A stretch of 64,000 nt of DNA from Octopus bimaculoides (lineage: Eukaryota): NCBI RefSeq assembly GCF_001194135.2, contig NC_068983.1, positions 79,037,450 to 79,101,449 of the forward strand. The letters are read 5' to 3'. Each line of letters opens with the position of its first letter. Positions within the stretch are counted from its first letter, which is position 1. The notes beneath the pieces were generated by a model that saw only the letters and a program-made list of their open reading frames with translations, ran no database searches and was not told where the DNA came from. A program made the translations under genes and the position numbers. This document shows, piece after piece, positions 38,660 through 51,533 of the stretch.

Positions 38660-39430
38660 AAACTGGAACTTTACAATATTATTTTATTCATTAGTTTTTT
38701 ACATGTTTACACTTTTATTACCTTCAAAGTATTCTCCATTTGAAGCAATGCATCGGTCCAGATGCGTTGGCCACTGTTCGTAGCAGTGCTGGAACTCTTG
38801 TGAAGTGATGCCTTTTAACATCTCTGCCATTTATTTTCTTCATTTCTTCCACCTCTGCTTTCACCAGTGATGACCTTCAAAAAAAGGTCTGGATCAACTT
38901 CCAACTGTTCTTTCAGTTCATGACACACATTCAGTCATGACTGCATTTGATCTTCCGTGAACAAGTGAAGTACAAATTTTGCTTTCATTCACAATTCCTG
39001 ACTCAAAATTCGTTGGCAGGAGCTCCAGGAGATACCAGTCATATCAACAAGTTCGTCAGTTGCTTGGTGATAGTTCTCCAAGATCAGTTCATGAATTTTC
39101 ATGATGTTTTCATTCGTTCGGGAAGTCGTTAATCTTCCTGAATGAGGTTGGTATTCAAGTAACAAGTGACCATTCTTTAAACGTGGAAACCACTCATAAA
39201 TTTATGTTTTGTGCATGACAGTGTCCTTGTGAGCTATTTGAAGCATGACAACTGTTTCAGCCACTATCTTCCCCAGCATTTTCCTGCTATTCCTTCATTT
39301 CAGCCATCGCAAAAATCGACGAACAGGGGAGAAGCACTGCAAAATCTTCTCAATTGGTTCCTTGCTTCAGCTTATGAATGGCCTGTCTCAACATACCTCA
39401 CTCTCCACAGAGGTGCAGCCAGGTATTTGA
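38660..39430 (-). mobile_element. Mariner element, internally deleted
   Basis: N-terminal HTH region (MAEMKE...EWFPRLKNG...NENIMKIHELILE) joined to C-terminus QEFQHCYEQWPTHLDRCIASNGEYFEG. Confidence 0.8.
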
Positions 39431-40149
39431 AGTGATTGTACCATTCTTTGATCTGAGTTTCACCCAGGGCATCATCACAAAAGGCTGTTATTTGACATAG
39501 ATCTAGCTGCTATTTTAGCAGGCTGAATAACCATGTAAAGGCTCTTTCATCGGACTCTTTAGTATGTTGATGACCTGTGTTTTGTTGTTTTTTTGTTCTT
39601 TTTTAGTTTTATTGCCAAATCTTCTGAGGAGCTGCAGAAAATATTTGCAACTTGAATGATTGGGTTGGGGTTAAAAGGTCTAAAAGCCAATATAAAATAG
39701 ATAGTATAAGTTTCATAGGTCATGAAAGCTTAAAATATCTACATTGATGGTAGTGGTAATGGCAGTGAAGGTAGCAGGCAGCTGCCATAGTAGCAATGGT
39801 GGTGGTGGTGGCAGTGGCAGTAGCAGGGCTCCCAATGGCCTTGGTGACAGTAATGGTGGCAGTCACAGTAGCAACATAGTGGGGCAATGGTTTTGGTGTT
39901 TAGTATCAAATTAGCATACCAGTGATCAACAGTGATCCACTTGGATCGTCCCATATTTTATTTAAACATAGAGTGTATCTAGGATAAACACAACCCAATG
40001 TGTCCTTACATTTTTAAATGGTAGAGTGTGATTTGAGGGAAAACCAGTCAGTAATTCTAGGAGGACATGTGACTATATAAAAGCATATTCACTGACTACT
40101 AGTTATTGCTTGTGTCATCATTATAACTTGCCAATATTTTCCTGTTACT

Positions 40150-40330
40150 AAGATAGTGAGTTGGCAGAATTGTTAGCACACTAGGCAAAATACTTAGTGA
40201 CATCTCATTTGTTTTACATTCCAAGTTCAAATCACACTGAAGTCAACTTTGTCTTTCATCCTTTCAAAGTCAATAAAATAAATACCTCCCCCTAGTGAAA
40301 TTGCTGGTCATATTCCTTAATTTGAAACCA
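40150..40330 (+). mobile_element. SINE family B, degraded
   Basis: gagttggcagaattgttagcac...caactttgtctttcatcc. Confidence 0.7.
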
Positions 40331-40346
40331 ATTTATTTCTGTTACT

Positions 40347-40505
40347 AATTTTTTTTTATCAAGCTCATTTTTTTTATGAAACCCATTTTTTTTTTTATGA
40401 AACCTATTTCTTTTTATCAAACCGATTTCTTTTTATCAAACCCATTTTTTTTTTTAATAAAACCATTTTTTTTTATCAAACCCATTTTTTTTTTTCATTA
40501 AAGCC
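40347..40505. repeat. ~20-bp T-rich minisatellite
   Basis: tttttttatcaaaccca repeated about 8 times. Confidence 0.85.
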
Positions 40506-40694
40506 AAGTCGAACCTACTAGGATTTGATCTAAGAATAAATAGGAATGAAACTAAATACTATATGATGGCATGAAGTTTAGCTTTCTGCCATTGGTTTCA
40601 TTTCCGTATGATTCCATTCCATTACAACGATAATTCTTACCAGCATAATCCTAATAATGATGTAATTGTGAAATATAAGACATTTTTGCTTAAA

Positions 40695-41135
40695 ATATAC
40701 AGTAGGCACAAGTGTGTTTCCAGTTTCAATCCCACTGCATACCTACTTCAGTAAGTGTTTTCTACTACAGCCTCAGGCCAGCCAAAGCCTGGTAAGGGGA
40801 TTTGACAGACGGAAACTAAAAGAAGCCTGTCATGTGTGTGTGTCTCTCTGTCTGTCTGTGCATGTGTGTGTGTCTCTCTGTCTGTCTGTGCATGTGTGTG
40901 TGGGTGTGTGTGTGTGTGCGTGCGTGTGTCTGTGTGTGCATGTGTGTGTGTATTTGTCCTATATCACCACATAACAGCTGGTGTTAGTGTTAGTGGGTTG
41001 ACAAAAGATACTGATAGAACAAGTACTAGATATGAAAAATAAAGTACTGCGGTTGATTCATTCAACTAAAATTACTTCAAGGTGGTGCCCTAGCATGGCC
41101 ACAGTCTAATTACTAAAACAGGTAAAAGATAAAAG
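40695..41135 (+). mobile_element. SINE family C, head + internal GT repeat + tail
   Basis: Same architecture as 47218-47626. Confidence 0.8.
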
Positions 41136-41374
41136 CATATGTGAATACTCCATAAGATTTTGAAAATAACCTAGAATTCCTGATTTTGGTTTTGAAAAAC
41201 TCTTGAGTCAATAAATAAAAAAGATAAAATTGTGTTTTAGTTACTTATAATATCAGTCTGTAATATCAGAATATCAGGAATGAAATTTTGCTTTTGGAAG
41301 GAAATTCCAAAATATTCCTTAAAATTTGGCTTATAAGCAGAATTATGAAACAGTTTATCTAATATATTCTCCTA

Positions 41375-41820
41375 TTATTTTACTTGATATTGTCAATGGA
41401 CTGCAGCCATGATCAGACACCAATTTCAAGGGTTTAATTAAAAAAAATCTCCCAATACTTGTTCTTATTCCATTAGTTTCTTTTTGCCAGACTGCTAAGT
41501 CACAGTGATATCCACAAACAAACAATGGTTGTCAAGCATGTGTGAGATAAACACAAACAAAACAACGCATGCACACACCTTCATACACACATACACGTGC
41601 ACACGCACACACATGCACATACACATACATATGCATACACACACACATACGTACACGTACACATACACACACATGTGTGTGTAACAGGCTTACCACAGTT
41701 TTCATCTGTCAAATTTACTCTAAAGGCATTTACCAGCCTGTGCTATAGTTGAAGACATTTACCCAAGTTTTTGCACAGTAAGTTTGAACCCAAAACCATA
41801 TGGTTGGGAATTGAATACAA
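41375..41820 (-). mobile_element. SINE family C, degraded
   Basis: Tail, CA tract and head all present. Confidence 0.7.
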
Positions 41821-43133
41821 CATATTTCTTGTTTAAAAATATGTAGTTGGAAAATTCAGAGCTGAGATACTCAATACTACATTTTTTTTTTTTGTTTACT
41901 TATATTAATACATGATACTTAAAAATGTAAATACAAGAAATGTAGAGGTTTCAGAAAATTTGTTGTATACATTTCCTTCAACTGTGTATGTTTAAAAAAT
42001 TCTTCAATCTAGATATCACAGAGAAAGACAAAGTTTATTGGCCTCCACTACCCCACATCATACAAATAACATCAAATCCTTCTACATTTCTTGTTAAATC
42101 CTATCTCTCAGTAATGGCTTACATTGAAGATCTTCCACTTTGATTCCCTCCTTGTTTACATTAGCAGTTATTTACTAACATAAATTCGTGATGTAAAGCA
42201 ATAAAAAAAAAATCTTGCAGTAACTCTGACGTCTTGTTCTTGAAGAATTTTATTGCCAGATAGATTAGTGAAAGAAATTTTATGGAACAAAATTGTAAAT
42301 TCCTCACATAAAATTTACCCAGTTCTTAAATGGGAACATCATTTTGTTACCCTACTTGTTACAAGAATTTCAAAAATCACATTCTCCATTACCCAATCTT
42401 ATTGCCTCTTAATACTTGTGAAGTAGATTTCTTTCCTGTTTTCAAATCTCGCGTCATGTATAAAATGTTTTCCAAATCCTTTATTTGTTTATTTTCTTCC
42501 CTCTTAATAATTTATTCTACAATTTTACCTTGGTTCCACTGACATTCAGGAACAATTTGTTACAAATTAATTATCCAAACTTTTATTAAAATTCAGCTAT
42601 CCATTTCCTTGACCAATTTCCCATTTGTTCAATTTTTAAATCTTGCTAGTAGCTGACTTCAATTATTCATAGCTGTTCTACGCATGCTGCGTTTAAATAT
42701 ATAGAACCTTGAAGATCTACATAAGAGGCACATAAGACATGTTTATAAAATCTTACAAGTTGATGTTTTATTTCCATATAAACAACATTTCTCTCTTATT
42801 TAAGATAGTGTTATGGGATTCCTTCTTGACAAAAACATCAGATGTAATATTTACACATATGTTTGCTGATGTTTTGCTACAGATCAACCTTCAATGAATT
42901 ACGTAAAAAGAGAAAAAGTAGTGCATTCTTTGAGGGAGATTTTGTTGCTATTTCTAGAATGTGGAAAGACCACAGAGTTCTTTCATTGGTTCATGATAAC
43001 ATAGAAATTTACACAGGTGTACAAAACCAGGCACACGCGCACACACACACACATCATCATCATCAACACCATCGTTTATATATATATATATGTCCATACA
43101 CACACATTCACACACATATATACAGACATATAT

Positions 43134-43204
<71 letters not shown>

Positions 43205-43207
<3 letters not shown>

Positions 43208-44290
43208 GGCCCCAACTATGCGAACCTGTTTGCTGGCCCAAATATTCTCAAGTTTCATGGGTCCCACTCCCGAACTATACGGTCATTATATTGACAATTG
43301 TATTGGTGCGACCTCACTCTCCCACGAACATCTAGACTCCTTCCTCTCTTCTGTAAAATTTTTCCGTACTGCCCTTCACTTCTGCACTATCTCTGACACC
43401 TCTGTCTCCTTTCTTGACATTTCAGTCAGCATCACCTCCATCCACTACAAACACACAAACTCACACTCATACCTCAAATTCTCCTCCTCCCACCCTAAAC
43501 ACACCAAGCTTTCCATCCCCTATTCCCAATTCCTCCATCTACACAGGCTCAGTAGTGACAACCATGACTTTGAGACTCACTCTCAATTCATAGCTCGCCA
43601 CTTCATCCTACATTGATATTCTCTCACCACTATCCACACCACCCTTGCCAGAGCACATTCCATGGACCATGCAACTGCTCTCTCTCCTGGCACCCACTCC
43701 GCCCCACCGTCTCCCGTTTCCCCTCACCTACCACCCCACCACCCTACTCTCCAATGCACCATTCTCCGAGCCTTCTGGCGACTCCAGTCCGACTCCTCCA
43801 CTTTGCACATCTTCCCTCCTTCAAATGAGCCCACAACCTACGAGACCTCTTGGTCCACAGCTTCTTCCCTAACCCAACCTCCCAACCCAGCTCATTCCTC
43901 TGCTCCCACCCACACTGCTGCACTTGCCCTTACCTCTCCAACATCACCCTCCTCACCAGCATCCATCACTGAGCCTATTACATCACTGTCTCCTTCACCT
44001 GCACTTCTACCAATGTCATCTACTTTGTCTCCTGCTCTCTCTGCCCTTCTCTATACATCAGGCAAATGGGATGCCACTTAGCTGACCAGTTTCCGGAACA
44101 CCTCTGAGACATCCCACTCAGCAATGACACCGCGGTCTTGCACCATTTCCACTCTACTGGTCACTCTTTGCAACACCTGTTTGTGTTCGGATTGTCTTTG
44201 CACAGGGGCCATCTGGACTCCTGTTTGCGTCGTGAACAGAGATTAATCTTCTCTCTTCACTCCTTTGTGCCACATGGGCTCAACTCTCCT
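43205..44290 (+). mobile_element. Penelope-like element remnant: RT C-terminus and GIY-YIG endonuclease
   Basis: [35 protein letters not shown]; FTCTSTNVIY...CSLCPSLYIRQ; HHFHSTGH...REQRLIFSL...PHGLN. Confidence 0.9.
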
Positions 44291-45244
44291 CCCCTCTCCT
44301 CACACCTACTTCATCTCACCCACCTCTCCTCTCTTGCTTTGATTCTTTCTCCTCTCTTCTCTTCACTCCTACTCACCGCCTTCCTTCCCACACCTTCATC
44401 GTCACTCCTCCCTCATAACACCATCCCACCTTCCCTATCCATCTCACCCCACCCCATCCCTTATGCCCACTCCCACATATCCCACCCTTACCCCCACCCT
44501 CAGCCTAACATACACTCACCCTTTCTTTCCCCACTCTCACCTCCACCATCTCCCAACACCATCATACCACACCACACACCACTACACCATACACCACCAT
44601 ACCACATCACACTACTACACCTTACACCACCATACCACATCACACCACCATGCACACATTAGCACTGTCCACTTCCCAGCCCCACATCCACACACCTACA
44701 CATACACACGTGCACATGTCAAGGTCACCAGCCCTCTTCCACACACACATACATACTCTCTTATACACACACGTGCACTTTCATTTTGGGATCACCACTA
44801 CTTTATTATCTCCCCTTCTTCCTAGCTCTCTTGTGTGACCCTCCAGCCTTCACAATTTCATTCTACGTCTTCTTTGGGTTCTTCTAACTTGAAGTTCTTG
44901 GCACTTCATTGAAAGCATGTGGCCCATTGATTAGTGATGTTTGACTCATGAACATAACGTTGTGGGTTCAGTTTCTTATCTGGTTAGTATGTTGTGTTCT
45001 TTAGCATGGTGCTTCATTTCACAGTGCTCCAATCTTTTCAACTGAAAATGAGTACCAGCCTGATGCAGGTGCACCTCTCTCTCCCCTTCCAGCAATCACA
45101 TCCTTGGGACAATGGTGGGAAAGCTGAGAGGATGCCTATGTCTGCTTGTGATCACACAGGCACCTAAAACTATTAGCAAAAGCATGGTACATTATTTCCA
45201 AGCCAAACTCATTCAAAACTACATTAGTCTTGGCATTTCTTTAT

Positions 45245-45640
45245 GAAGAAGTCCTCCTCCATACACATCACATGCTCATATCAGCCTTCTCTATTGCATA
45301 CTACCCTAATTCTTCTTATACCCAATTTGTCACTCAGCTCATTTGTATTCTGTCTCCTTGTACATGAACATTACACATCCATCAGAGCATCCTTGCTTCA
45401 TTTCCTTCTAGCTTTCACACATCTTCTGCATTCATGGCTTGCATCTCACTATCAGGCAGCTTAGCAGTTCTAACACAAGTATCATATAATCTGCCTTCCA
45501 CCCTGAAACTGAAAATCTTTGTTGCCAACAGCAGTAATAGCTCCCAAAACTTTTTCCAATCACTTCTTATCCTGGATACTATACTTTCTGAAAAACTGTC
45601 TCCTTTGTTGATTATGTCACCACAACTTTATGTGAACTAA
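45245..45640 (-). mobile_element. RTE LINE fragment (post-RT region)
   Basis: SIVSRIRSDWKKFWELL...GRLYDTCVRT...NEARML; continuous in type with the 5915 fragment. Confidence 0.8.
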
Positions 45641-46272
45641 CTGGGTTATTTAACAGAGTCTATATCCAGTGTGCTTTTAGTGCATATTACTCCATTGTCT
45701 TTGTCACATACAAAGCTTGCTTTCATTGTTAGCCTTCCTGAGATTCCACTAAACCTCTTATGTGATATCTCACACTGGTTACAGTATAGGTGAACTGTTG
45801 ATTTGGTTTTCATTCTTTGCTTCTTCTACTGCTTTCAGTCATTCAACTGTGGTCATGCTGTTGCACTGCCTTCAAGTGATTTTAATCAAATATATTGGTA
45901 TTTTAGATAATTTGTTTGGTACTTATTTCATTAACGTTGTAAGAAGTGAAATGCAAAGATATTTTCATAAGAGAACATAACTAAGAACTGAAATGGTAGT
46001 TATATTTGAAAGCATCAATTTTTGTTCATTTCACACTGTGTATATAGAAAGGACTTCCACACAGTTCACATCTACTGTTTGTCAGTTTCAAGATATTTGA
46101 AATCACTTGTTTAAATTACCACACAATGAGATTGTACAAGGAACCAGATGGTTGTGAAGTGAACTTGTTGACAACATGATCATGCTTCTGTTCATGAATA
46201 ATGAAACTAAGAAGAAACGCTTGTGTTTGAACACAGCTATGATAAAGACATTGAATTAATGCTTATTAAATG

Positions 46273-46545
46273 CTTTAGATGACTGCAGAGTGGAAGACAC
46301 ATGTTAGCCATTCAGAAATACACACAGACTGTTAACTTCACTTAAACATTTATCATTTGTAATATGGTGTCAAAACGTTTATCACTCAAAACTGCAACCC
46401 AGTGTAACGTTGACTGACCAGGTTGCAGTTTCAAGCAACAAACATTTTGACACCTATTTCAAACAATAAATATTTAAATGAAGTTAACAGTTTTTGTATG
46501 TTTCGGACTGGCTAACATGTGTCTTCCATGCTGCAATCATTTTAG
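46273..46545. mobile_element. ~270-bp hairpin (MITE-like foldback)
   Basis: ggaagacacatgttagcca...ctgttaacttca...gtgtcaaaa...aaactgcaacc mirrored on the other strand; very short loop. Confidence 0.85.
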
Positions 46546-46799
46546 TTTCAACACACAGTCTCAGATCAAATCCCATGCCAGGCAAGCATAGTTCCATAAA
46601 ATGCTATAGAGTTAGTGTACTTTAAGTATTTGAATGATTCGTATATAATTACTGTTACAACTGTATTCCTATTGTCGCATCCTCAAATCATATGCATGAA
46701 GAATCCACAAGTAAAGAATTGCTTCAGTAGTAAGCAATGTATCAAAATATCAAGTTGTCTTCGGGTTGAATGCTTATAGCAAAGTTAACTCTATTAAAA

Positions 46800-47210
46800 G
46801 TACTGAAGGGTAAAGGGATTGTGTTTGATCTACCAATCTACCAATCAAATACAAGTACTGTCTAATGAACTTCCATGCAATTTCAATTTTGGCTTTTATC
46901 TTCTACATTCCAGATCCTCTGCTTCAATGGTATCATATATTTCCTGTAGATTGGTTATGTTGGTTTGCAACTCCAGCCTGTGTTCCTCTGTAGTTCCTGA
47001 TAGGTAAGTTTCAAAAGCTTTTTGAACTTTCTCATGTGTTGCAACAACCCTCAAGCCAGTTGATGATCTTTTACAGTGCTTTTTTGAAGGCTACTGTTTG
47101 AAGGCAGTTTCTTTGTTTGTGTGATCAATGCTAGTGTATTTCTGTTATTCACTTCAGAGCAATCTTGCATTACAACAAAGTGGTTTTTCACTGTAGCAAA
47201 GAAGAGTTTA
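46800..47210 (-). mobile_element. RTE-like EN-RT linker fragment
   Basis: TVKNHFVVMQD...EKVQKAFETYLSGTTEEHRLELQTNITNLQEIYDTIEAEDL; assignment is from recalled similarity. Confidence 0.55.
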
Positions 47211-47217
47211 CACTTTA

Positions 47218-47626
47218 CTCTTTACTTGTTTCAGTCATTTGACTGCAGCCATGCTGGAGCACTGCCTTTAGTCGAGCAAATCGACCCCAGGACTTATTCT
47301 TTGTAAGCCTAGTACTTATTCTATCGGTCTCTTTTGCCGAACCACTAAGTTACAGGGACGTAAACACAGCAGCATCAGTTGTCAAGCGATGTGGGAAGGG
47401 GAGACAAACACAGACATACAAACACACATATATATATATACATATACATATATACGACGGGCTTCTTTCAGTTTCCATCTACCAAATCCACTCGCAAGGC
47501 TTTGGTTAGCCCGAGGCTATAGTAGAAGACACTTGCCCAAGGTGCCACGCAGTGGGACTGAACCTGGAACCATGTGGTTGGTAAGCAAGCTGCTTACCAC
47601 ACAGCTACTCCTGCACCTAGATGGCT
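47218..47626 (-). mobile_element. SINE family C, best-preserved copy
   Basis: tRNA-like head (A-box TAGCTGTGTGG, B-box GGTTCAGTCCC), internal AT/GT microsatellite, tail gactgaaacaagtaaaaga; CpGs retained. Confidence 0.95.
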
Positions 47627-47988
47627 GCTACACAAAGATGTTCAAATGGCTATGGATGCAAAATGGCAACAAGTCATGACCAATGAGCATCACTATGGAA
47701 ACCGTCTGAAAGTGACAAACAAGACCAGAGAACAATATCTCTGCATATCAAATCATTGCAAGCAGCACCAGGAAGAAGAAACATCAAAATTTGTGCTCTG
47801 GGACCCACAACATGATACCAGGAAGCATGGGAGACATCATCTGACATTTATCAAGAACCTGAAGGAGGTCACAGGATTGGACTCTGTCCCCAAATGGAAG
47901 CGGGTAAAGATGAATCAAGACACTAGAGAAAATGACTTTGTCTTCAAGGAACAGCTGGAAGCCCTGCCAAAGTAAAGCAAGTTATCTT
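47625..47988 (+). mobile_element. RTE LINE 3' end
   Basis: LDGCYTKM...SKFVLWDPQH...GRHHLTFIK; ends ctgccaaagtaaagcaag. Confidence 0.8.
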
Positions 47989-47989
47989 T

Positions 47990-48200
47990 TACTTGTTCTA
48001 GTCAATGGGATGTGGCTATGCTGGGGCACCACCTTGAGCAATTAGTCAAACAAGTCAACCACACTATTTACTTTTTAAGTCTGTTACTTATTCTAACAGT
48101 CTCATCTGCCAAATTGTTAGGGTTACGGGGATGTAAACAAACCAACACCAGTCATCAAATGGTGGTGGGGACAAACACAAGCATAAAGACATACACACAC
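47990..48200 (-). mobile_element. SINE family C tail
   Basis: tcttttacttgttc...ggatgtaaacaaaccaacacc. Confidence 0.7.
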
Positions 48201-48865
48201 ACCATCATCAACTGCACTTCAGTTGACTGCAAAGATCATTGCAGAAGGTCTGCAAGTTTTTTATTACAACAACTTCAATCATGAACCTAACATAAAATTT
48301 ATACAGAGAAGTTTACCATGACATGAGCTTTTACAATAAGCTGTACAAAGAGATGATGTGTCATAAATGTCAAGCAATTTTGGAAATGTTCTTCTCTACT
48401 GAAGATGATGAACTGTAAGATAGAAGATAATGTCCCTCATCAATTCAGGAACTCTCATTCTACCGCCATCATTTACACGGCAGTCAGCATCTTTTATAGT
48501 AAGAACATATCTTATTACAATATTACGATTCTTGTTTATTCCCTCATGTATATCTCTTCAAATATTTTTATGGACTCATATTATTACTGTGTACGTTTAG
48601 AAATTGTTATTTTCATGCATAAAAGTGGTCACATTGCTTATTTTGTTGCCGTTATCATTTTCTTTTTGTTTCCTTTTTTTATTTTAAATATCCTATGGAA
48701 TGCTTTATTGTTTTAAAACATGAAGTCAATTTGAAAATTAATTCTGTATTTCAGGATTTTGCATTATCGCAAGTTTTTCAGGAACATATTCTGGGAGTAA
48801 TGCAGGGGATTCCTCTACACACACACATTCATGCACAAACACACACACACACACACACACACACA

Positions 48866-48909
<44 letters not shown>

Positions 48910-49080
48910 AACACACACATGCACACTCACACACACAAATAGAAGGAGAGGGAGAGCAAAGAAGAGAGGGAGACCAAGGAAGAGAGGGAGATAGTTTTTA
49001 CTTATATGATAGAGTGAATTGAAAACTTTGATCAACTGTGATAATCCTTACAATTAAGAAACAATAGCATACTGAAGAAG

Positions 49081-49468
49081 CTGGTTGGTTGGCACTCCGT
49101 CACTTACGATGTCGAGGGTTCCAGTTGATCTGATCAACGGAACAGCCTGCTCGTGAAATTAACGTGCAAGTGGCTGAGCACTCCACAGACACGTGTACCC
49201 TTAACGTAGTTCTCGGGGATATTCAGTGTGACACAGTGTGACAAGGCTGACCCTTTGAATTACAGGCACAACAGAAACAGGAAGTAAGAGTGAGAGAAAG
49301 TTGTGGTGAAAGAGTACAGCAGGGTTTGCGGCCACCCCCTGCTGGAGCCTCATGGAGCTTTAGGTGTTTTTGCTCAATAAACACTCATAACGCCCGGTCT
49401 GGGAATCGAAACCGTGATCCTATGACCGCGTGTCCACTGCCCTAACCACTGGGCCATTGTGCCTCCAC
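49081..49468 (-). mobile_element. SINE family A, full length, 10-bp TSD
   Basis: TSD actgaagaag at 49071-49080 and 49469-49478. Confidence 0.95.
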
Positions 49469-49756
49469 ACTGAAGAAGTACCTAAAGTCTAAAATTCACA
49501 AGCAAAGGAGATAACTCCAACATGAGTAAAAGATAGAAATATTAATGTGAAAACAAACCAACAGTGATACTCTCATATTACTCTTACCCACCAATAAGCA
49601 GTGAATGAGTGAAAATTGCAACCATTAAAAAATTGTAATTAATGACAATAATATTTATAAATCAGGGCAGCAGACTGACAGGATCATTACTATGCCTGTT
49701 GCATGGCAATACCTGCTGCATGGTAATGCCTGCTGCATGGCTCTTTATGTTCTAAG

Positions 49757-49865
49757 TTCAAATGCCACTGAAGCCAACTTTGCCAATCATTCTTTTGGGG
49801 TTGATAAAATAAGTATCAGTTAGTGTAGTCAACATGCCCCTCCCCTCAAAATTACCAGCCATGTG
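49757..49865 (-). mobile_element. SINE family B fragment
   Basis: gttcaaatgccactgaagccaactttgcc...ttgataaaataagtatcag, read in the family's plus orientation; strand and limits uncertain. Confidence 0.45.
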
Positions 49866-50334
49866 CAAAAACTGGAAAAGAATAACAGTCATAAATTTCA
49901 GCATAAAATGAATAAGTAAAATAAATCGAGTTGTAAGATACAGATTTGAAAATTCATTGCTTTTGTTGTTAAACTTCAGTTGTACCTCTGGCAAGTTAGC
50001 GGTTCACAGTATTTGTATTAAACCCCTGCACTATAATTTAAATTCTGCTGAGGTAAATTTTGCCTCTCATCCTTTCAATGTCAATAAAAAAAATGTACCA
50101 GTCCACTGTGTTAGCTTGGCATAACTGTTAAAAAGGTTGTGAAAGCTGTCTTGCAGTATCTGTTCTTCCTCTTTGTGTTCTGTCAGTAATACTTGTGATG
50201 ACAATGATGCTAAGCTATATCATCTGATGCAGGTGGTCTTTCTCTTGGAAGAATATTGATGGTGTGGAGAGGAGAGACTTGCATGCATGGACAACTGACC
50301 AGTTCTTCTTGAAAGTCTTTCCAAAGCCTATAAA

Positions 50335-50557
50335 TACAAAGGAAAACTGAAAAATTCTTGGCTTTAAGTGTATCACAGAAGGCCTGGTTGGAGGACCATC
50401 CTTCTGAGTTTTTTTTACAGGGATTAGAAAAACTAAATGACTGTTGTACTAAGCGTGTGAATCTGAGAGGGGAATACATTGGATAAAATCATAATTAACT
50501 GATCCTCCTGTATATTCTTGTACCCAAAGCCAGGAACTTTCAGCACTCCCTTGTATA
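50335..50557 (+). mobile_element. Mariner-derived MITE, copy 2
   Basis: TIR aaagccaggaactttcagcactcccttgtata; interior encodes a mariner C-terminal remnant (GLEKLNDCCTKRVNLRGEYIG). Confidence 0.8.
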
Positions 50558-51002
50558 TGAGCAGTAAACATATATATACTCCCATGATTCCCTTTGACTG
50601 AGGGAGCACCGCTACCCTATTCCCTCCACCAAGTGAGCTTTTGATCAAACTGGTATTCCAGCTGCGAACCTCTTGTCCCTTTGTACAGGCATAGTGAATT
50701 TCAGTTTAGATTATCCAATATCTCTTTCCTTTTTATACTAGCACAATGTATGTTTTGAGGGAAATTTGGGTTCCTATCTCTAGCAGGTTTAACAACCATG
50801 TTGAATAAGTGTGAGGAATCCCTTTTCTTTTGTACCAAGGACAAATTATAAATGCATAATAACTCATGGGATGCAAGCTGCGCCATGAAAGATCTATCAT
50901 CTAAAATATTCATAAATATATGTAACTTGCATTAAACTATTATTTTAGTCTAAGGTATTAAAGCCTGTTTGGTTATTTTTTTTAATATTCCTCTTTTATT
51001 AT

Positions 51003-51254
51003 TTTACTTGTTTCAGTCATTTGACTGCAACCATGCTGGAGCACCGCCTTTAGTTGAACAAATTGACCCCAGGACTTATTCTTTGTAAGCCTAGTACTTA
51101 CTCTATCAGTCACTTTTGCTGAACCACTAAGTTACGGAGACAGTAACACACCAGCATCGGTTGTCAGGCAATGGTGAGGGGACAAACACAGACACACAAA
51201 CACACAAACACATACACACGCACATGTGCGCATGCACACAAACACAAGCACGTG

Positions 51255-51348
<94 letters not shown>

Positions 51349-51533
51349 GCAATTCGAAACATCCATATATATATATATGACAGGCTTCTTTCAGTTTCCA
51401 TCAACCAAATCCACTCACAAGGCTTTGGTCAGCCTGAGGCTATTGTAGAAGACACTTGCCCAAGGTGCTATGCATTGGGACTGAACCTGGAACTATGGTT
51501 GGTAAGCAAGCTATTTACCACACAGCTACTCTG
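51003..51533 (-). mobile_element. SINE family C with expanded internal (CA)n(TA)n
   Basis: Near-complete match to 47218-47626. Confidence 0.9.

Noticed and set aside
42000-42760. Possible very old LINE remnant (also 26180-26560 and 51830-52070)
   Set aside because: No diagnostic motif recoverable by eye.
43017-43616. 199-aa ORF as a host gene
   Set aside because: The first third is microsatellite and the rest is Penelope RT.
44290-44780. His/Pro/Thr-rich ORFs
   Set aside because: Low-complexity CAC/CCA tract after the PLE.
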